A DNA stretch of 64,000 nt from assembly GCA_963828165.1 (NCBI GenBank), contig CAWHDR010000005.1, positions 96,001 through 160,000 on the forward strand, in the 5' to 3' direction. Positions 10,788 through 19,771 of the stretch are shown here, in pieces. The position numbers and the translations under genes were made by a program. The DNA comes from an uncultured Chloroflexia bacterium. Lineage in GTDB: Bacteria; Chloroflexota; Limnocylindria; Limnocylindrales; CSP1-4. Within the stretch, counting starts at the first letter, position 1; every line of letters begins with the position of its first letter. The notes beneath the pieces were generated by a model, which saw only the letters and a program-made list of their open reading frames with translations, made no database searches and had not been told where the DNA came from.

Positions 10788-11042
10788 TCAAGAAGCCCCG
10801 CTCGGTACGGCCTCGATGGCTTCGAGCGCCCCACTCGCTACGTCGCACACCCTGCAGCGGTTCGCGGGGGGCGGTCCGTCCTTCCCGGCCCAGACGGCTA
10901 GGACGTCGCCCGATGAGTACCACAAGCCGCACGCTGCAGTGCTGCTCCTCGATCGGCGCGACGACGGCGGCACCGGCCTCAGGTGCCAAGGTTGGCCGTC
11001 CTTCCAGCCACCGGAACGGACCCATTCTCGAGCGGCTGTCAT
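10788..11042 (-). CDS. Small putative Zn-binding protein (84 aa)
   Basis: GAGGGGAG SD; WH...ACG...CRVC pattern. Confidence 0.55.
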   Translation of the reverse strand: MTAAREWVRSGGWKDGQPWHLRPVPPSSRRSRSSTAACGLWYSSGDVLAVWAGKDGPPPANRCRVCDVASGALEAIEAVPSGAS

Positions 11043-11208
11043 GGTTGGCTCCCCTCTCAATTCGGCCGGCGACGCCGGCCCCGAGGGGCGAGGCCGCGTC
11101 GCCGAACCCCAATCTAGGGGTGGCGTCAGTACGGCGGTCCTTGCCCACCTCCGGTCGGGACTTGCAGCCGCGCGACAGCAACGCCGACGCCATACGCGCG
11201 CGGTCTTG

Positions 11209-11337
11209 CCGCCGGTCGAAGCGCCACGCCTCGCGCTCGTACCAGGAGCGGTCCTTCACCTTCGTCCAGCCCGCAAGGAGCCATCCCGGTACGTCGAGGT
11301 CCGATCCTTGAGGACGATGCCCTCGAGCCTGCCGTCC
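11209..11337 (-). repeat. Direct repeat copy 1 (3' end of ATP-dependent DNA ligase)
   Basis: Matches 13177-13306 except one local difference (gcaaggag vs gcacgggag). Confidence 0.95.
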
Positions 11338-11522
11338 GATGACGGGGAGCCGAGGCTCTCGCTGAGCCGATGACGGTGTTGTTCGGATTCGGACGCGGAT
11401 CGCACGTCCGAACGCTACTCGCGACCGCTGAGCTGTCACGCCACCGGGCTACCCTCGGTCGGTGGCGCGTCACGTCAGCGAGGAACGCAAGCGGGCAGCC
11501 GCCCTGCAGTCGGCTCCGGCGG

Positions 11523-11711
11523 ATGGTTGGCCGCGGTGAGCGACCGGGCTACCGGCTCCGGGCCGCTCAGGACGGCGCATGGACGGTCGTCGGCCTTCCC
11601 GGCGTCACGGTGACCGCCGAGACAAAGAGAGCCGCCCTGACGGCTGCCAGGACGGCTATTGCTGCGGTGCTCGAGGTGCCGCGGGACGCCTTCGACCTCG
11701 AAGTGGCCTAG
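11523..11711 (+). CDS. HicB-like antitoxin-fold small protein (62 aa)
   Basis: WTVVGLPGVTVTAETKRAALTAARTAIAAVLEV resembles the HicB N-terminal partial RNase H fold; no HicA seen. Confidence 0.5.
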   Translation: MVGRGERPGYRLRAAQDGAWTVVGLPGVTVTAETKRAALTAARTAIAAVLEVPRDAFDLEVA

Positions 11712-11760
11712 GCGTCCCGCGGGTCGGATCCTTCGCGCGTGGGCGGATCGCCCACGATCG

Positions 11761-12456
11761 CTACGGACCAAGCTCGACGGTTCCCGTGATCGGTTCCATC
11801 GCTGCTCGGATTTCTTCCGTCCCCGAGAGCGCGATCATGTCGTCGAAGAACGCCTGGCAGCTGGCCGACCGCGGGTCGTTCATCTGCCACGCGAAGATCG
11901 CCTCCACCGGGGATCCAGGCTTGAGAACGATGGCGGCCCGCGTGCCCGCCGGTGCGTCGCTGTTCGTAGACTCCGTAACGTCACCGCCGATCCAGAGCAA
12001 GCCATCGATGGTCCGCTCGCACTCGAGATCGACGGTGTAGCCGCCCTTGGTTCTTTGGGACACGATCATGCTCCCGGTCACGCTGGAGGCCCCACCGGTC
12101 GCATCGAGATCGACGGTGTAGCCGCCGCCCACCTGAGCCGTGAAGGTGCCGCGGGCGAGCAGCCCCTGGCTCGGCGATGGCGATGGCGCGATCGTCGGCT
12201 GCCCGCCGACTCCGCCCCGACCCGGAAGGAAGTTGTAGCCGACCACCGCGACGACGAGGACCGCAGCGGCGGCGGCGAGCAGTTTCGCGTAGGTACTCAT
12301 AGGGTCTGTCCTCCACGCCAGCCACCAGGACCGGCGCTGTGGCGTCGTGTCCACCTCGTCGAGGGCGCGCAGGAGCACGCGCTCGGCGTCCTCGTGCGTT
12401 TCCTCGCGAAGCCACGACAGGACGATGCGCGTGGCGGGGTCGCGTTCAGTGGTCAT
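11761..12456 (-). CDS. Putative membrane anti-sigma factor
   Basis: ATGA overlap with ECF sigma; short cytoplasmic domain, one TM helix, PSPSPS linker, extracellular domain with a Cys pair. Confidence 0.75.
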   Translation of the reverse strand: MTTERDPATRIVLSWLREETHEDAERVLLRALDEVDTTPQRRSWWLAWRTDPMSTYAKLLAAAAAVLVVAVVGYNFLPGRGGVGGQPTIAPSPSPSQGLLARGTFTAQVGGGYTVDLDATGGASSVTGSMIVSQRTKGGYTVDLECERTIDGLLWIGGDVTESTNSDAPAGTRAAIVLKPGSPVEAIFAWQMNDPRSASCQAFFDDMIALSGTEEIRAAMEPITGTVELGP

Positions 12457-13001
12457 CGGATTGCCTCCGCTGCCGCCGGACGCGCGTCGGCATCGAGTGC
12501 CGCCCGCATGGCGCGCATCGCGTGATGAAGTCGGGAGTGGACGGTGCCGACCGGGATCTCCAGGATCTGTGCCACCCGTTCGACGCGAAGGTCGGCGTAG
12601 TGATGCAGCACCAGCACGGTCCGGTGGTCGACCGACAGGCGTCGGATGGCCGTCTCGAGCTGGTCTCGCTGGATGATCGCGTCGAACCCCCCGGACACCG
12701 ACGGCTCGTCAGCCGGCAGGATCCGCAGGTTCGGTGACCAGGCGCGCGACCGGCGTCCCTCCGTGTAACAGGCACGCACAAGAAGCCGGTACGACCAAGC
12801 GTCAAAGCGCGCCGGATCGCGAAGTTGGGGAAGGTCCCGCCAGATCGCGACCAGCGCCTGCTGCGTCGCATCCTCGGCGAGATCGATGTCGCGCAGGATC
12901 CTGTGCGACAGGGCGAGGAACCGCGTGGCGAGCTCGGCGGCGAGGAGCCCGAAGGCTTCCCGGTCGCCGTGCTGCGCCTGCTTCACGAGTTCGGTGTCCA
13001 C
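12453..13001 (-). CDS. ECF-family RNA polymerase sigma factor (start may be 13010)
   Basis: AQHGDREAF, AEDATQQAL, FDAWSYR, IPVGTVHSRLHHA. Confidence 0.95.
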   Translation of the reverse strand: MDTELVKQAQHGDREAFGLLAAELATRFLALSHRILRDIDLAEDATQQALVAIWRDLPQLRDPARFDAWSYRLLVRACYTEGRRSRAWSPNLRILPADEPSVSGGFDAIIQRDQLETAIRRLSVDHRTVLVLHHYADLRVERVAQILEIPVGTVHSRLHHAMRAMRAALDADARPAAAEAIR

Positions 13002-13057
13002 GTCCCTCATCCCCAACGTGGCGACGGTGCGTCCGACGCCTTCGTAGGGTATGGGCC

Positions 13058-13085
13058 TCTGGCACCCGTCGGACCTTCAAAGTTC
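13058..13085 (-). promoter_or_regulatory. Candidate ECF autoregulatory promoter
   Basis: GAACTT-N16-GCCAGA upstream of the ECF gene. Confidence 0.35.
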
Positions 13086-13173
13086 GATCGGCCTTCATTG
13101 AATCTTCTCGCCCTTCGACAGCGCATGGGAACGCCCGGAAGGCTGTCGCGCCGCTCCGGGCGTCAGACCTCAC

Positions 13174-13420
13174 CTACCGCCGGTCGAAGCGCCACGCCTC
13201 GCGCTCGTACCAGGAGCGGTCCTTCACCTTCGTCCAGCCCGCACGGGAGCCATCCCGGTACGTCGAGGTCCGATCCTTGAGGACGATGCCCTCGAGCCTG
13301 CCGTCCTGCATGGCGTCCACGAGCGCCGTCGAGGGGTCGACGAGCGGCGAAAGCTCCAGCGGCAGCGCGAACGCCTGAGCGAGCAACTCAAGACGCATCC
13401 GCCGTTCGCTCCAGGCGTAC
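13174..13420 (-). pseudogene. C-terminal fragment of ATP-dependent DNA ligase
   Basis: WSERRMRLE, motif IV EGIVLK, motif V WTKVK; the catalytic KxDG N-terminal part is absent. Confidence 0.8.
13177..13306 (-). repeat. Direct repeat copy 2 (ligase 3' end)
   Basis: See copy 1; identity ends at the ligase stop codon. Confidence 0.95.
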
Positions 13421-13426
13421 GCCTGT

Positions 13427-13446
13427 TGGTACCACGTGGTACCACG
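13427..13446. repeat. Tandem 10-mer and 18-bp palindrome next to the tRNA 3' end
   Basis: TGGTACCACG x2; TGGTACCACGTGGTACCA is self-complementary. Confidence 0.8.
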
Positions 13447-13491
13447 ATTTACCGCACGAACCCCTTGGCTCGTGCTTTTGTGCGGGGGAAT

Positions 13492-13568
13492 TGGTCGGGG
13501 CGGCCGGATTTGAACCGACGACCACCAGTCCCCCAGACTGGTGCGCTACCAGACTGCGCCACGCCCCG
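13492..13568 (-). tRNA. tRNA-Pro (GGG)
   Basis: CGGGGCG acceptor stem, CCAGT-CTGGGGG-ACTGG anticodon arm, GGTTCAAATCC T-arm, encoded CCA; TGCTAGACT extended -10 upstream. Confidence 0.97.
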
Positions 13569-13598
13569 ACGAAGCCCGCAGTCTAGCACTGTGCCGCG

Positions 13599-14612
13599 CT
13601 AACCCAGCCCGCCCAGCTCGTCCTTGGATTCTCGCGCCAGCAGGTCGATCAGGCAGCGCTGGACGCTCTTTCCCTCGAACAGCGCCGCATGGACTTCCTG
13701 CGCGATCGGCATCTCGACCCCCAGGCGCTCGGCCAGGGCGAGCGCCGCTTCGACGGTGTAGGCGCCTTCGGCCGTGCCCGGCAGCGTGGCCTCGATCTCG
13801 GACCAGGGACGGCCTCGCGCCAGCTCCTCGCCCAGACGGTGATTGCGCGAGAGCGTCGACCCACACGTGGCGATGACGTCGCCGATCCCCGCGAGCCCCG
13901 CGAACGTGAGTGGGTTGGCTCCGGCGGCCGAGCCCAGACGCATCATCTCGGCCAGGCCTCGGGTCATCAACCCGGCCTTGCCGTTGTCACCGAATCCCAG
14001 GCCGTCGGCGGCGCCCGCCGCGATCGCCACGATGTTCTTGAGGGCCCCGCACAGCTCGACACCCAGGATGTCCCGGTTCACGTACAGCCGGAACTCGCGC
14101 CGGCCCAGCCGCTCGGCGATGCGGGTCGCGAGCTCGATGTCATCGGCAGCGACGACCGCCGACGCGGGCAGGCCCCGGGCGATCTCCGCGGCGAGGTTCG
14201 GGCCCGACAGGGCGGCCACCCGAGCCGGCGCGATCCCGCTGGCCTCGGCGATGACCTCGCTCATGCGGAGCAGCGTGCCGCTCTCGAGCCCCTTGACGAC
14301 CGACAGCACGTCCGCGCTCGTCCGGATGTGGGGTCCCATCTTCGCCCCGATGTCGCGCAGGTGCGGCGATGGCGTGGCGAAGAGCACCAGGTCGACGGCG
14401 GTCGCGAGGTCCGCCGGTTCCGCCGACGCGACGAGTGTGTTCGGGAGCTCCACGTCGGGCAGCCGCCGGTCGTTGCGTTGGGTCCGATTGATCTCGTCCG
14501 CCAGCTCCGGGCGGTGGCATACGAGGAGGACCGGCTCGCGCTTCGCGACGATCGCCGCGAGGGTCGTGCCCCAGGCACCGGCCCCCACGACCGCGACACG
14601 CGGACCCGACAT
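13599..14612 (-). CDS. gpsA: NAD(P)H-dependent glycerol-3-phosphate dehydrogenase
   Basis: GAGAWGT, SGPNLAAE, GALKNIVAIAAG, SRN. Confidence 0.96.
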   Translation of the reverse strand: MSGPRVAVVGAGAWGTTLAAIVAKREPVLLVCHRPELADEINRTQRNDRRLPDVELPNTLVASAEPADLATAVDLVLFATPSPHLRDIGAKMGPHIRTSADVLSVVKGLESGTLLRMSEVIAEASGIAPARVAALSGPNLAAEIARGLPASAVVAADDIELATRIAERLGRREFRLYVNRDILGVELCGALKNIVAIAAGAADGLGFGDNGKAGLMTRGLAEMMRLGSAAGANPLTFAGLAGIGDVIATCGSTLSRNHRLGEELARGRPWSEIEATLPGTAEGAYTVEAALALAERLGVEMPIAQEVHAALFEGKSVQRCLIDLLARESKDELGGLG

Positions 14613-16273
14613 CAGCGCGACCGGCGGGTCTTGGCGGCGCTCGGCCGTCGAACGGGCTTGACCTGCGCCGACCGGCTCTTCTTGCGGCGTGGCAGCTTCA
14701 CCGATGCCCGGTCGCGGAACACGAGACGGATGGGCGTGCCGTCGAACCCGAATGTCTCGCGCAGCCGGTTCTCCAGATAGCGCCGGTACGAGAAGTGGAT
14801 CAGCGACGCATCCGAGGCGAAGAACACGAACGTGGGCGGGCCGATCGCCGCCTGGGTCGCGTAGAAGATCTTCGGGCGCCGGCCGCGGACCGGCGGGGGC
14901 GGCGTGCGCTCGAGCGCGGCCATCAGGACCCGGTTCAGCTCGCCGGTCGGGATGCGCCGGCGACGCTCGGCCCAGATATCGACCGCGGCCTCGAGGACAC
15001 GCCCCACGCGCTGGCCGGTCTTGGCGCTGATCGACACGATCGGGGCGAAGTCGAGGAACGGCACCTCGTTGCGAATCCACTCGATGTACTGGTCGAAGGT
15101 CCGGTCGGTCTTGTCCGCCACGAGGTCCCATTTGTTGACCGCCACGACCAGGCCCTTTCCCTCCTCCACCGCATAGCCCGCCACGTGTGCGTCCTGTGCG
15201 GTCAGCCCCTCGACGGCGTCCACGACCAGGACCGCGACATCGGCGCGCGACAGGGCGCTCAGCGCGCGCAGCGTCGAGTAGCGCTCGGCGGCGGGACCGG
15301 AGGCGACCTTGCCGCGCCGCTTGATGCCGGCCGTATCGATGAGGATGATCTCGCTCCGGCCCCAGGCGAGCCTGGTGTCGATGGCGTCGCGGGTCGTCCC
15401 GGGTGTCTCCGAGACGATCGCCCGCTCCTCGCCAAGCAGGGCGTTGAGCAGGCTCGACTTGCCGACGTTCGGCCGTCCGACGAAGGCGATCGAGGCGGGG
15501 CCGGTATCGGCCTCGGCGGCGATGGCCGCATCCCAGCGCGCCGCCTCGGCGGACTCGGACTCCTCGCCTTCGGCGCCCTCGGCGCCCTCGGCGCCCTCAT
15601 CGCCATCCGCCCGATCGCCCTCCTCGGGCTGGTCCACCACGAACGGCTCCAGCCGTCCCGCCGCGACCTCGTCCGACCACGCTTCAGCCTCGGCCTCGCG
15701 CTCCTTGCGCGCCGTCTCCTGCGGCGTTTCCGGGGGCAGGGCCCAGACGATCGCGTCGAGCAGGTCGCCCGTGCCGCGCCCGTGCGAGGCCGAGATCGGA
15801 TAGGTCTCCTCCCAGCCGAGCGCGTAGAACTCCATCCCTTCGAGCTCGCGCTTCTCGTTGTCCGCCTTGTTGACCGCGACGAGGACCGGGGCTGGCGCCC
15901 GGCGCAGCAGCTCCGCCGCCTCGCTGTCGGCGGGGGTCAGCCCGGTCACGGCGTCGACGACGAAGACGATGACGTCGGCCTCGGCGATGGCGAGGCGGGC
16001 CTGCTCCTGGACGCGCGCCTCGATCGGGTCGTTCGGGTCGAGCTCGAGGCCGCCGGTGTCGACGAGCACGAACCGGCGACCGTTCCACTCGGTGTCTCCG
16101 TAGAGCCGGTCGCGCGTGGTCCGGGCGCGGTCTTCGACGATCGCCGTCCGCGATCCGAGGACGCGGTTGAAGAGCGTGCTCTTGCCGACGTTGGGACGTC
16201 CGACGATGGCGACGACCGGGAGCGCCCCGCCGAGCCGTGTCGACGCGGCGGGCGTCGGTGTACGGCGCGTCAC
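14612..16273 (-). CDS. der: Ribosome biogenesis GTPase Der
   Basis: Two GRPNVGKS G-domains and a KH-like C-terminus. Confidence 0.97.
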   Translation of the reverse strand: MTRRTPTPAASTRLGGALPVVAIVGRPNVGKSTLFNRVLGSRTAIVEDRARTTRDRLYGDTEWNGRRFVLVDTGGLELDPNDPIEARVQEQARLAIAEADVIVFVVDAVTGLTPADSEAAELLRRAPAPVLVAVNKADNEKRELEGMEFYALGWEETYPISASHGRGTGDLLDAIVWALPPETPQETARKEREAEAEAWSDEVAAGRLEPFVVDQPEEGDRADGDEGAEGAEGAEGEESESAEAARWDAAIAAEADTGPASIAFVGRPNVGKSSLLNALLGEERAIVSETPGTTRDAIDTRLAWGRSEIILIDTAGIKRRGKVASGPAAERYSTLRALSALSRADVAVLVVDAVEGLTAQDAHVAGYAVEEGKGLVVAVNKWDLVADKTDRTFDQYIEWIRNEVPFLDFAPIVSISAKTGQRVGRVLEAAVDIWAERRRRIPTGELNRVLMAALERTPPPPVRGRRPKIFYATQAAIGPPTFVFFASDASLIHFSYRRYLENRLRETFGFDGTPIRLVFRDRASVKLPRRKKSRSAQVKPVRRPSAAKTRRSR

Positions 16274-16341
16274 GATACTGACGCGCAGCGCTCCGAGGCC
16301 CGAGGCGACGCCATGCTAGCCATCGGTCCGAGGATTCACCG

Positions 16342-17316
16342 TCAGGCGGCGCCGGAGGTCGGTCGCGCGGTGCTCGGGAGGGAGGTGGTTCGGCCGGCCG
16401 GCGTCGCGGCCACGGCCAGGGCGGCCCCGGCAAGCTCCGAGGCTCGCGCCTGCACGTCGGGCGTGCCCGCGATCTCGAGGATGTGCTGGGCCACGTCGCG
16501 CAGGTCCTCGATCGGCGTCGACGTGCCGCCGGTCACCCCGACGACACGCGCCGTGGCAAAGACCTCGGGGTCGGTCAGATCACGGACCCCTTCGACCTGG
16601 ATGGCGGGCGTGCCCGCGATCTCGCACAGCCGGGTCAGCTCCTTGGTATTCGCGCTGGAGCGGCCGCCGACGACCACCATCAGGTCGACGTCCTTGGCCG
16701 CCTCCATCGTGTCCTGCTGGCGACGGATCGTGACCGGACAGACCGTGTTGACGATCTTGAGCTCGTGGGCACGCCCGACCATGAACGCGGCGAGCTTCTC
16801 GAACTTCCAGGGCGGCTGGGTCGACTGGCTGATGAGTGCCATCCGCTTCTTGCGCGGGATGGCGGCCTCCCATTCCTCTTCCTCGTCCACGACGATCGCA
16901 TCGGGGGCGAAGCCGAGCATGCCCACGACCTCGGCGTGCTTGGGGGTCCCGAGGAGGACGATCGTGTAGCCCTCCTCGACGAGCTTCGTGAGCTCGCGGT
17001 GCTCCTGGATGACCCAGGTGCAGGTGCCGTCGATGACCTCGAGACCGCGCGTTTCGGCGCGCTCCATGACGTCCGGGCGCACACCGTGGGCCCGGATGAC
17101 GACCGCCGCGCCGTGGTCGACGTCGTCGAGGGTCTCTACGGTCTGGATGCCCAGATCCTGCAGGTCGCGGACGACGCCCTCGTTATGGACGACCTGGCCG
17201 AGGGTGTGCGTCGCCTTGCCGGCGGCCGACGCCTCCTTGGCCTTGTCGATCGCTTCTCGTACGCCATAACAAAACCCGGTGCGCTTCGCGATCCGGACTT
17301 CCTGAACAATTCCCAC
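16342..17316 (-). CDS. ispH: 4-hydroxy-3-methylbut-2-enyl diphosphate reductase
   Basis: GFCYGV, VHN, RAHG, DGTC, NTVC, SAN. Confidence 0.95.
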   Translation of the reverse strand: MGIVQEVRIAKRTGFCYGVREAIDKAKEASAAGKATHTLGQVVHNEGVVRDLQDLGIQTVETLDDVDHGAAVVIRAHGVRPDVMERAETRGLEVIDGTCTWVIQEHRELTKLVEEGYTIVLLGTPKHAEVVGMLGFAPDAIVVDEEEEWEAAIPRKKRMALISQSTQPPWKFEKLAAFMVGRAHELKIVNTVCPVTIRRQQDTMEAAKDVDLMVVVGGRSSANTKELTRLCEIAGTPAIQVEGVRDLTDPEVFATARVVGVTGGTSTPIEDLRDVAQHILEIAGTPDVQARASELAGAALAVAATPAGRTTSLPSTARPTSGAA

Positions 17317-17341
17317 GTGTCGATTATCGCACGGGGCCCCC

Positions 17342-18055
17342 TCAGACCCGATAAACGCCTTGTTGGCGCCCGGGGAGCAGGGCAGCGATCCGACGCATGA
17401 TGAGGTCCGTCGCCTGAGCCTTGGCCTCCGCTTTCGCGACATCGGGCGGTAGCACGTCGGCGAGGCGGAACGGGGAACCGACGCGCACGGTGACCCGGCC
17501 GCCGGGGTGCGGCAGCAGCCGGCCGCGCGGCCACACGCGGTCGGAACCCGCGATCCCGACCGGGACGATCGGCGCCCCCGTCCGCAGGGCCAGCGACGCG
17601 ACCCCGTCACGGCCCTCCTGCAGCGCTCCGTCGGGGCTGCGTGTGCCTTCGGGGAAGACGAACAGGACGTGGCCCTCGTCGAGGATCCGCTTGGCCAGCC
17701 GATACGCGTCGACGTCCGCCCGCGAGCGGTCGACCGGGTGCACGCCGCCGTGACGCGCGAGATACCCCACGACTGGCCACGCGAAGAGCTCCTTCTTGCC
17801 CAGCCACTGGAGGCGCCGACCGATCTTCGGGATGAGCCACGAGCCCAGCACGACGGCATCGAGGTTGGAGGCGTGGTTCGCGGCGATGATGACGGGACCG
17901 TCGCGCGGGATCTCATCGAGCGCGCCCTCGACCGACAGGCGCGTCATCGCCCGCCCGAACAGCCGCCCGCCGAACGTCAGCGTCGCGATCAGCGGCGTGA
18001 TGGAGCTGTCGAGCGGGGTCGGGCCGACGGGTTTGGGATCGGGCGGACCGGTCAC
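17342..18055 (-). CDS. plsC: 1-acyl-sn-glycerol-3-phosphate acyltransferase
   Basis: NHASNLD and FPEGTRS. Confidence 0.92.
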   Translation of the reverse strand: MTGPPDPKPVGPTPLDSSITPLIATLTFGGRLFGRAMTRLSVEGALDEIPRDGPVIIAANHASNLDAVVLGSWLIPKIGRRLQWLGKKELFAWPVVGYLARHGGVHPVDRSRADVDAYRLAKRILDEGHVLFVFPEGTRSPDGALQEGRDGVASLALRTGAPIVPVGIAGSDRVWPRGRLLPHPGGRVTVRVGSPFRLADVLPPDVAKAEAKAQATDLIMRRIAALLPGRQQGVYRV

Positions 18056-18783
18056 GGCCCGTCGTTCGTGGCTTGTGCCGTCGGGGAGTGCCGTGCCTCG
18101 GCGTCCCGGATCGCCCCGACCACCGCCGTAACGGTCTCCTCGAACTCGTTGCCGTCGGTCGTGATGATCCGGGCGTCCGTCGCGATCCGGAGCGGCGCCA
18201 CCTGGCGCGTGGCGTCCAGGTGATCGCGCCGGCGCAACGCCTCGAGGATCGCGGCGGCGGCCGCGCTATCGGGGTCGAGGCCTCGTTCCTCGGCCCGGCG
18301 CCGGGCTCGCTCCGTCACCGACGCGTCCAGGTAGACCTTGAGGTCGGCGTCGGGCAGGACCACGGTGCCGATGTCGCGACCGGCCATCACGATCCCGCCA
18401 CCGGCGGCGAGGTCGCGCTGGCGCTGCAGGAGCGCCGACCGCACCTCGGGGACCGCGGAGACGGCGGAGACCGCCGAATCGACCGCTGGCGCGCGGACAT
18501 CCGCCGTGTGATCGATCCCGTCGACGAGCACGCCGGCCAGGCGCCCGTCCGGGTCGCTCGCGAGCTGCACCTCGTCCACCAACCCCACGAGGCCCTCGGG
18601 GTCGTCCACCGAGACGCCGCGGGACTCGGCGAGCCAGGTGACAGCGCGGTAGAGGAGGCCGGTATCGCAGAAGCGGTAGCCGACCTCCCGGGCAGCCGCC
18701 GCTCCCACGCTGCTCTTGCCCGACGAGCCAGGCCCGTCCAGGGCCACGACCAGGCGTCCCATGGGGCGCAGGATACCGGTCAC
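18052..18783 (-). CDS. cmk: Cytidylate kinase (start GTG 18783 or ATG 18762)
   Basis: ALDGPGSSGKSS, DTGLLYR, GRDIGTVV. Confidence 0.95.
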   Translation of the reverse strand: MTGILRPMGRLVVALDGPGSSGKSSVGAAAAREVGYRFCDTGLLYRAVTWLAESRGVSVDDPEGLVGLVDEVQLASDPDGRLAGVLVDGIDHTADVRAPAVDSAVSAVSAVPEVRSALLQRQRDLAAGGGIVMAGRDIGTVVLPDADLKVYLDASVTERARRRAEERGLDPDSAAAAAILEALRRRDHLDATRQVAPLRIATDARIITTDGNEFEETVTAVVGAIRDAEARHSPTAQATNDGP

Positions 18784-18920
18784 TCGCCTTCCGACCCGGC
18801 CAGCACGCTCTCCAGCAGGGCCACGAATTCGTCCCGCGGATCGACCGCGAGCTTCCTGCCGTCCTCCCGCGACCAAGCGGGGACGTCGTCGCCCCCGAGG
18901 AGTCGTCGGAGGAAGCCCAT
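18780..18920 (-). CDS. Small 46-aa ORF between rluB and cmk
   Basis: MGFLRRLLGG...SEGE; start overlaps the rluB stop and stop overlaps the cmk GTG. Confidence 0.55.
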   Translation of the reverse strand: MGFLRRLLGGDDVPAWSREDGRKLAVDPRDEFVALLESVLAGSEGE

Positions 18921-19771
18921 CAGCGGGCTTCGCGCGCCGGAGACCCCGAGCGCTCCGTGGTCGGTGGCCGTGACCGTCCGCCGCCGGGAGGGCGGGACTT
19001 GCCTGCGCCGGCGCCGAGCCCGCGGATCTCGGGCGCCTTGAGCTGGCGGACGACCCCGCTGCGCAGTCCGTCGATGCGGACCGGTCCGATCCGGACGCGC
19101 ACCAGGCGCTGGATCGGCGCCTCGACGGCGCCGAACATCCGTCGCAGCTGTCGCTTCCAGCCCTGGGTGAGGGTCGCGCGGTACCAGGTGAGGTCCGGCG
19201 ACGGCGTCGGTCGGAGGAGCTCCGCCAGTCGCTGGGCCTCGATCGCGGTCATGGGTCGGAGCGCACCCAGCGTGGCGAGTCCTTCGGTCAGCTGGATCCC
19301 GGCCTGGAGGGCATCGGCCTGCTGGCGGTCCAGCGGCGCCGCGAGCCCGATCGCGTACTCGCGCTCCACCCCGTGACGGGGATGGAGCACCTTGTCGGCC
19401 CATTCGCCGTCGTTGGTCAGCAGTAGCATCCCCTCCGAGTCCTGGTCGAGGCGGCCCACGGGATAGAGCCTCGCGCCGTCGGGCACGAGGGCGGTCGGGA
19501 TGAATTCGAGGACGGTCTGGGCGGCGTGGCGGTCCTGGGTCGTGGAGGTGACCCCGGCCGGCTTGTGCAGCAGCAGATGGGTCATCGCCGCGGCGCTGCC
19601 GATGATGTGGCCATCGACGGCGATGACGACGCGATCCGGGTCGACCTGGGAGCCCACGGTCGCCCGCTTTCCGTCGACCGTGACCCGACCGGCGGCGATC
19701 ATCGATTCGGCCGCGCGGCGCGACGCCACGCCGGCCGCGGCAAGGACCTTCTGAAGCCGCTCGGTGGCCAT
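18920..19771 (-). CDS. rluB: rRNA pseudouridine synthase (RluB/RsuA family)
   Basis: S4 domain ERLQKVLA..SRR; VGRLDQDSEG. Confidence 0.92.
   Translation of the reverse strand: MATERLQKVLAAAGVASRRAAESMIAAGRVTVDGKRATVGSQVDPDRVVIAVDGHIIGSAAAMTHLLLHKPAGVTSTTQDRHAAQTVLEFIPTALVPDGARLYPVGRLDQDSEGMLLLTNDGEWADKVLHPRHGVEREYAIGLAAPLDRQQADALQAGIQLTEGLATLGALRPMTAIEAQRLAELLRPTPSPDLTWYRATLTQGWKRQLRRMFGAVEAPIQRLVRVRIGPVRIDGLRSGVVRQLKAPEIRGLGAGAGKSRPPGGGRSRPPTTERSGSPAREAR

Noticed and set aside
11209-13306. CRISPR array, IS element or classical integron attC
   Set aside because: Only two 130-bp coding-derived direct repeats; no spacers, cas genes, transposase, terminal inverted repeats or attC palindrome.
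4300-13490. Second att site duplicating the tRNA-Pro 3' end
   Set aside because: No convincing copy found by eye, so the island's left boundary is undefined.
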